NCBI GenBank assembly: GCA_002269645.1
Contig: NIVC01003229.1
Span: forward strand, 1 to 64,000
DNA: 64,000 nt
Direction of reading: 5' to 3'
From: Macrostomum lignano
Taxonomy: Eukaryota
Under the pieces are notes generated by a model. That model had not been told where the DNA came from. It did no database searches and saw only the letters and a list, made by a program, of their open reading frames with translations. Both the position numbers and the translations under genes were made by a program. Shown piece after piece: positions 58,087-64,000 of this stretch. Positions within the stretch are counted from its first letter, which is position 1, and each line of letters starts with the position of its first letter.

Positions 58087-59399
58087 TATTGCTTTTTTGC
58101 TTCGAGAGTTTGTTTTACTAGACTTCTCTGCGATCGTCGAAAACTTGATTCGGCAGCCTCAAGCCTCTCTCTTTTATCGAGCTAGATATTCTTGAAATTC
58201 TTGAAATATTCCAATTTGAAAGTTTTCAAGTTAAAATTTTTATTGTAATTTTAACTTTCAGTTCGCATGGATTTAAAATGAATTCAATTAATTGGAATTT
58301 AAACTTGAATTCCATTCCTAGACATAGTTTCACTTGAATTTTTTATCGACAGCAAACATTTGCAACTTCGGAATAATTATCTCATTCATTTTATTTTTAT
58401 CTGTAAACTGCTTACGCAAAAAAATTTGATAACTAAGTATTATGTCATCGTTATTAAGAAAAGGCATTCCGATGAAAAAATGCCTTAATTACGGCATTGA
58501 TGCCTTAATGGCAGAAGTAGCAGATGACACTAGCTTGTACAAGACATAGTACTTGCGCTTGTTTTAGCAACAAATTTTCTTGAGCTTTTTGGCAATGAAA
58601 GATAATATAGCCAGCCCATAGTTGAAGCATGAAGTGGAAATTCTATTTCAAAATTATGCTAATTGAAGTGCTGAAGATTTATTTAGCTACTAGGGCCCGT
58701 GCACTGCCACCTAAGCAAGTGGTAGCTCGTATCGGTTTGGTAATGGGTTACAGATCAGCTGTTTCTCAAGATACAAAACAGATTTACCTTACAATAAATT
58801 TTGGCTTAAAAACCCTGTAGGCTGTAAATAACTTTCAAAGCTTGAATAAAGAATTCAGCTTGCAAAGATGGAAGGAGAAAGGCCTTCCAGGCGCAGGAGG
58901 TACTTTGCTGTCGACTAAGCCCCGAGTGCTCGTCTGTCTTCGCAAGCTACTCAGCTGCACCTCCTGCACCGGCTGTGAGCAGAAAGTCTCCAGAGCAGGC
59001 GTAAGGGCCACTAGCAGTAAATATCGCGGTGTATCGTCAACCCCGCAGAAAAGGTGTATCGAATCAAGGTCCTGCGCATATGCGAATGCGTTACAGCCAC
59101 TTGGGCTACTAAGTCGTATACTGTTGAGGTTGAGGGTCGACGTATTTTGCACGACATCGAACTGACCTCGAAATTTTTTTCGGCGTAACGATGTCGTAAT
59201 TGGGACTTCCTTTCGTCGTTTTTTCGCCTTTTTCGACTTAGTTTTGACCTAAATTCAATTCTTGACTTCCTTGACTCAGCTGCATGGGATTCCGGGCATC
59301 CAGATTTAGCGAGGAAGCGTTGCCGCCTATTTCGCTAACCCATAGCGTCATAGCGATCACAGGCAGCGAGTGCTGCGGTGTCGCGCAGGGAGTTCCGGT

Positions 59400-59825
59400 G
59401 GTGCCGGTGTCCGCAGCGCGGTCCCCCTCCGGAGAGCCCAAGAGGTGAATGGACGCTCGCACGGTAGCCCTCAGGGTTACGAGCTGGCAGAGATTCTCGG
59501 GCCTGAAAACTTTGGAGAGGTCCGGGTTTGGGCCGAGGTAGACGAGTGAAGGCAGGGCATTCATAGATGAAGTGCTCCGCATTCTCGCCACCGGAGAGCT
59601 GCAAAATGGGCGTTCCTCACTGCGGATTTTTCCCCTGGAGGTGGCGATGCCTGGCAAAACAGCTATGACCCGAGAGAGCCATGGTCACCGCCCTGAAGTC
59701 CTTTCGGTTGAGTCCCTGGTGGAGAAAGGACAGGGGGCAGCCACGTGGGATTTTCTGCAGTCAGGCGTTAGTCGAGCGTTAGTCCACCTCTCTCTGTGCT
59801 TTGAAGCAATCCACTGGTTGATCAG
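59400..59825 (-). mobile_element. Second RNase H-LINE 3'-end fragment related to 53263-54480
   Basis: [22 protein letters not shown]...[11 protein letters not shown]...[11 protein letters not shown] parallels the 53263 C-terminus. Confidence 0.7.
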
Positions 59826-59829
59826 ACTC

Positions 59830-60480
59830 GAATGTGCAGAACAAGGTGAGTCGACTGGCTGACGAGGGGAAGCGCGTGGGGCTCCACATCAACTACGGCG
59901 AGACAGAGGTGCTGCATGTTGGCATTGCCAACTCTCCGGACGGCAACACCATCGCCCCGTGCAATCAGTTCAAATATCTGGGCCACTGATTCGGATGCCA
60001 TTGTCAACAACCGCAAGCAGCTCGCGTGGCGGGCCTCCCACCTTCTCCGCCCCATCTTCAACTGCCGGCTCGCCACCGACAGCCTGAAAGTCGGCCTATT
60101 TCGCTCGGCAGTTGAGACGGTGCTGACGAACGGGCTGGAAGCCGTCCCCATGACTGCCACTCGTGAGCCTGCCATTGCCAGTTCCTGCGCATTGCACTAG
60201 GCATCCGGTGAACAACTCTGCAAAAGCGACGCCAGATGTTGATCGACCACTGCCTGCGTGGCCACACACGGGGCACTGGGCCCTCGCTCGCCGACCTACT
60301 GCTCAGCCCGCCTTGTGGAAGACAAGGCAAGGCAAGACAAGCCGGGGGCCACGCTCGCTGCACCACTCTGACTGACACTTTTCTCTCGGACTTGCAGGCT
60401 ATGGGCCTTACTCTCAGTCTGCAGCTAGGCTGGACTCAGCTGTTTGCCGCCAGCGGGTGCCTCGATGAACCTGGACTAGC
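59830..60480 (+). mobile_element. RTE-like LINE RT C-terminal fragment
   Basis: [31 protein letters not shown] and AGGHAR-type motifs; stops and frameshifts present. Confidence 0.72.
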
Positions 60481-60989
60481 GCCTGTTTAATATAGCTTTT
60501 TGCAAGCCATTTGAAATTAGGAGCAAGCAATTTAATAATCAGTGGGGAAACCCAGCGCTGAATGATAGATTTCACTGTACTCTATGGTCCAAACCATGGG
60601 CTTTGGAGCAACCAATTTAATAATCCTTAAACACCACACCCCAAGGATAGGAAGGCGGACGCAAGCGTTTGCGAAAATATAGTAGCGTGACAGTTCGAAA
60701 AGACACGACGGTCCAAATTCCGAAAAAGGTGGAAGAAAATGAAGACGAGGGGGTGCGCAGGGTGGCTGGGGGATACGCTTGCAAACAAAGAGTAAAATAG
60801 ACAGACATAAAAACAGTACTCACTCAATAAAACAACAGTCATCATTGCAAACAAACGAAAAAAAATAAAAGGAAGAAATCAGAAACGCACGAGTTGAGAA
60901 AAACAAAAGTCTGTGCATTTGAGTTCAAGCCAGCAAAAAAGAGAGCAGACGACAAACCAACTGCTTCCAGGATTAAGGTTAAAGGAATA

Positions 60990-61960
60990 ATTACAGGCAT
61001 TGAGACAGTTTGCTAGCAGCCGCCAGCTGGAGGTCGAAGCCGTTCTCCAGCCCCAGGTACACCTAAACCGCCGAGCTCCGCCAGTAGCCAAGGGCCTTGA
61101 CGACCGGCAGCGGCACATTGGCGCGGAACGCCAGCGAGGCACCGCTGCGTCGAAGGCTGTGAGGAGACAGACCGGTCTGCCAGGCCGGCACGGTGGACCA
61201 CGTGGCGAAACAGGCAACAGAACCGGGTGCCGGTCAGAGGCGTCAGGCTGCTTCGGTAGGCGAAGAGGTGGGCAGCAGCGGCGCGGTCGGGCTGTTTGAT
61301 GCGCAGGTGGTGAAGCAGCGCTGCCACCGGACAGAGCGGATGCTGCGCCGCGTGCCGGAGTCGCGGCAGGACCACGCGGTGCACTCACTGGCAGAACTGA
61401 TTTGTCTTGGAGCGCCAAATGTGCAGGAAGGCCAGATCCGGTGATACTTGCATGTCGTCGCAGGTGACCGCCTCGCCAGCTGGTGGGAACGGCATCAGAC
61501 AGCACAGGTTAACGCGGCGCGAGAGGCCCCAGAATCCGCCCAGGACCGCCGCCCAGAAGGCTGCATCTTGAGGCTGCTGCAGACGCAGGGTTCCTCACAT
61601 TTTGAGGAGGTCACTCTGAGTGATGCGCACCTTGCGTGCGGGCGGCTTGGCGAGTTTGGCGATGAGCTCTTATTGCTGGCGCTGACTGCGGCTGAATGCA
61701 GGGCCGTGAGCCTTGATGTGCAGCGGCTCGATCTCGGTCGAGTCGCGGCGCCAGCCCATGATAGCCAGCTGGTTGTGTCTGGGCCGCGGATGATGCCGCA
61801 GCCGCTCCAGTTCGACGCGTCGGACTCGATGGCCCAGCTGGGCCCGGTGGGACGCCAGATTTTGCAGATCTTGGGGTCGTATATGATGGTTTCCGGAGTA
61901 AGTGACGGTGGCATCGAGAAGCTATCAACGGAATCGGACTACCAGATTTTTGGTCAATAT
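60990..61960 (-). mobile_element. DIRS/Ngaro retrotransposon RNase H and tyrosine recombinase fragment
   Basis: ESDASNWSGCG (RNase H), then FWAAVLGGFWGLSR, RSKTNQF, LCPVAAL and, in a shifted frame, SPHSLRRSGASLAF...GYWRSSAV*VY (YR catalytic HxxR and Tyr). Confidence 0.82.
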
Positions 61961-62855
61961 CGTTGGTAAAGACAAACTGGGGCGTAACTGGGCTGCCCGT
62001 CCACGATTCCACTTCGAGGACAACCAAGGAGAAGAAAGGGAAGACACTGAGGCTTTTTGATTTAGCTAACTCTTGAGAATGACCTAGCTCCGTGTAACTT
62101 GCAAACGGAAAAATCTATGATAGTTATCAGTCTTCTGGTTTTATCAAAAAATTCGCATCTCAGCAGTAGTTTAAACAGCAGCAGCAGCAGAGTACGCTGC
62201 CGGATCGCAAAAGCAACGTCAGATGGCACGCTTCGAAGCTTGGGCGCGAACAAAGGCCGCACCGCCGGCAGAGTCCGGGGCGCCGGCGTCAGCCAGCAGA
62301 CAGTCGACGTAGCGCCGTGTCCTCGCTTGTCCCCCGGTAGGGTGCCTGCAACGTAAGTAGCAGCACCTCCTGCACCGGCTCCGGACAGTAGGCCTCGGCG
62401 CGGATGACGCCGAATTGTCATCCGAAGTTGTTTAAGTAGTTTAAAACAACAATAAAAACGTCTAAAACAATATACACTTATCTACCAGAGCGTTGTAGAG
62501 TATCATAAAATGCTACTGCGAGTAGACTAATGTGAACGGCGTAGCAAAACTACGAGCGTATGATGGAAGATGAATCATGTTGCGACTTAAGATGAAAGAT
62601 GAGTTATTTTACAACTTATGATGAAATATGAGTCATGTTACTAATAACATATCAAAAATTGTCTATAAATACAAACCAAAAATCCGAGCTGAAATCTCAG
62701 ACTCAGAGCAGCCTCAAAAGATCTTGTGCTTTGCCAGAGCAACTAATCGAGGCTATATCTCTGAGAGATAATATTATCAATTGATAAGCGTTGTTCAAGT
62801 CTTTGTTATTTCGATTAATTGAGAGCGATTTTATTGCCGGTTGTTATTGTCCAAT

Positions 62856-62980
62856 TTGACTTCTGCACTCGAGGAATAATTGACTTCTGCACTCGAGGAA
62901 TACATTGACTTCTGCACTCGAGGAATACATTGACTTCTGCACTCGAGGAATACATTGACTTCTGCACTCGAGGAATACTT
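62856..62980 (+). repeat. 25-bp tandem repeat ATTGACTTCTGCACTCGAGGAATAC
   Basis: About five head-to-tail copies with no spacers. Confidence 0.92.
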
Positions 62981-63373
62981 CGACGGAGTGTTACACTCTC
63001 ACATTCGGCCGATTTTGGACTTCAAGGACTTCAAGAGGACTACTCCGGAGGAAGCGGACTTAAGAAGATGAGCTCAGTAGACACGCGCGACAAAGAAGAG
63101 GAGCCCGCAACAGTAAGTGATCACTGATTTTGTTCCCAGGCTTACGTGTCTGGAAGTGGGAGTTTTCGGGTGACTGATCACCACTCGACCAAACTCTTCA
63201 GCGTGTTTAAACTCATCTAAGCTTTTAAGCTTCCAAATTATAGATAAAAATCTGTTGTCTGTGCTTTATCCTCATAAAATTGCGCGAAGGGTCTACGATT
63301 GAGGTGCAACAGAATCTATAGGACTGTGCTCTATTGGAAAAATGTTTTGTTTGCATTGTAATTTGATGTAGCC

Positions 63374-63639
63374 CAGGAGCAGGCAAACTTTTTTTAACTT
63401 AAGGGACATACATAAAATCTAGCGCATGTCTGCGGCCCAGAGAGAGAAGTTTTGAGAAGAGGGGAGAGGAAAGGAGAGAGGAGGGGAGAGAGGAGGCGAG
63501 AGAGGAGAGCTGAGAAGAGACCACTACAACAGGCCGCATTGATTATTGTGAAGTTGTGAAGTTTCAATGGATCCGAGGGCCGGATAGAGAGGCTTCGTGG
63601 AGTGCATGTGGCCCACTAGCCGGAGTTTTGCGACCCCTG
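63374..63639. mobile_element. hAT-type MITE with internal AG-rich tract, copy 2
   Basis: Termini CAGGAGCAGGCAAACTTTT and GCCGGAGTTTTGCGACCCCTG; 8-bp TSD ATGTAGCC/ATGTAGAC (7 of 8); homologous to 26409-26859. Confidence 0.8.
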
Positions 63640-64000
63640 ATGTAGACGGTGCGGAGGGCAAGGTGGTAAATTGGCCGAGGATTTATTAGCCAATAAGTTT
63701 GAACTGTCTGGCCAATTACAATAAAAATGAAAATGTATTTGAATTGAGCAAAAATTAGAATCAGAATTCAGAATTTGCACGCAGCGGTTTTTTATTTGCT
63801 GCGCCAAATAAAAAAAGAAAATTCAAGCGGCTTTGATGAATAGCTGCAGTCAGTCTCCTATGGCTCGTATTAGCCAAAATTTATCACTTTGTTTTCCCCA
63901 GTTAAAAGCCACAGTGGAATTTAGATGCTGCATTCTTCCACGAGCCTGGGCAGAGGTGCTCCTCCCAACTTCTGTTGAAGGTCTCCAGCCATCTCTCAAG

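Noticed and set aside
58835-59165. Overlapping 105- and 107-aa ORFs next to WSC gene 2
   Set aside because: No family motif or supported splice structure; a PAN-like CNAFAY resemblance is too weak to call.
62930-63127. Possible first exon MSSVDTRDKEEEPAT|GTAAGT of a downstream gene
   Set aside because: A good donor is present, but no partner exon is identifiable in the window and the ORF starts in a tandem repeat.

Overview
Repeat-rich eukaryotic (metazoan) genomic DNA with spliced genes. The composition and minisatellite-stuffed introns resemble a free-living flatworm such as Macrostomum; this is an inference I cannot verify. By hand-splicing I reconstruct six protein-coding genes plus one orphan terminal exon: (1) a 3-exon DEG/ENaC-family channel (+, 3440-8513); (2) a 9-exon otopetrin proton-channel gene (-, 10655-27907) with one apparent 1-nt frameshift; (3) a 4-exon MATCAP/KIAA0895-type tubulin carboxypeptidase (+, 29175-31816); (4) a 6-exon SLCO/OATP transporter (-, 35712-48335); (5,6) two convergent secreted double-WSC-domain genes (+ 49563-52172; - 56715-58086), the second with two candidate 9-nt micro-exons and three homopolymer frameshifts. 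About 30 tandem arrays (4-49 bp units) fill most introns and generate most of the long repetitive ORFs in the track. Mobile DNA includes an internally deleted Tc1 element, two hAT-type MITEs, a 100-bp Tc1/mariner MITE, a CORE-like tRNA SINE, and fragments of RNase H-bearing LINEs, RTE-like LINEs and DIRS/Ngaro tyrosine-recombinase retrotransposons. The most notable observations are the twin micro-exons, non-canonical pore residues in both the DEG/ENaC and the neighbouring otopetrin, and snapshots of minisatellite birth and spread. No CRISPR, rRNA or genuine tRNA genes were seen.
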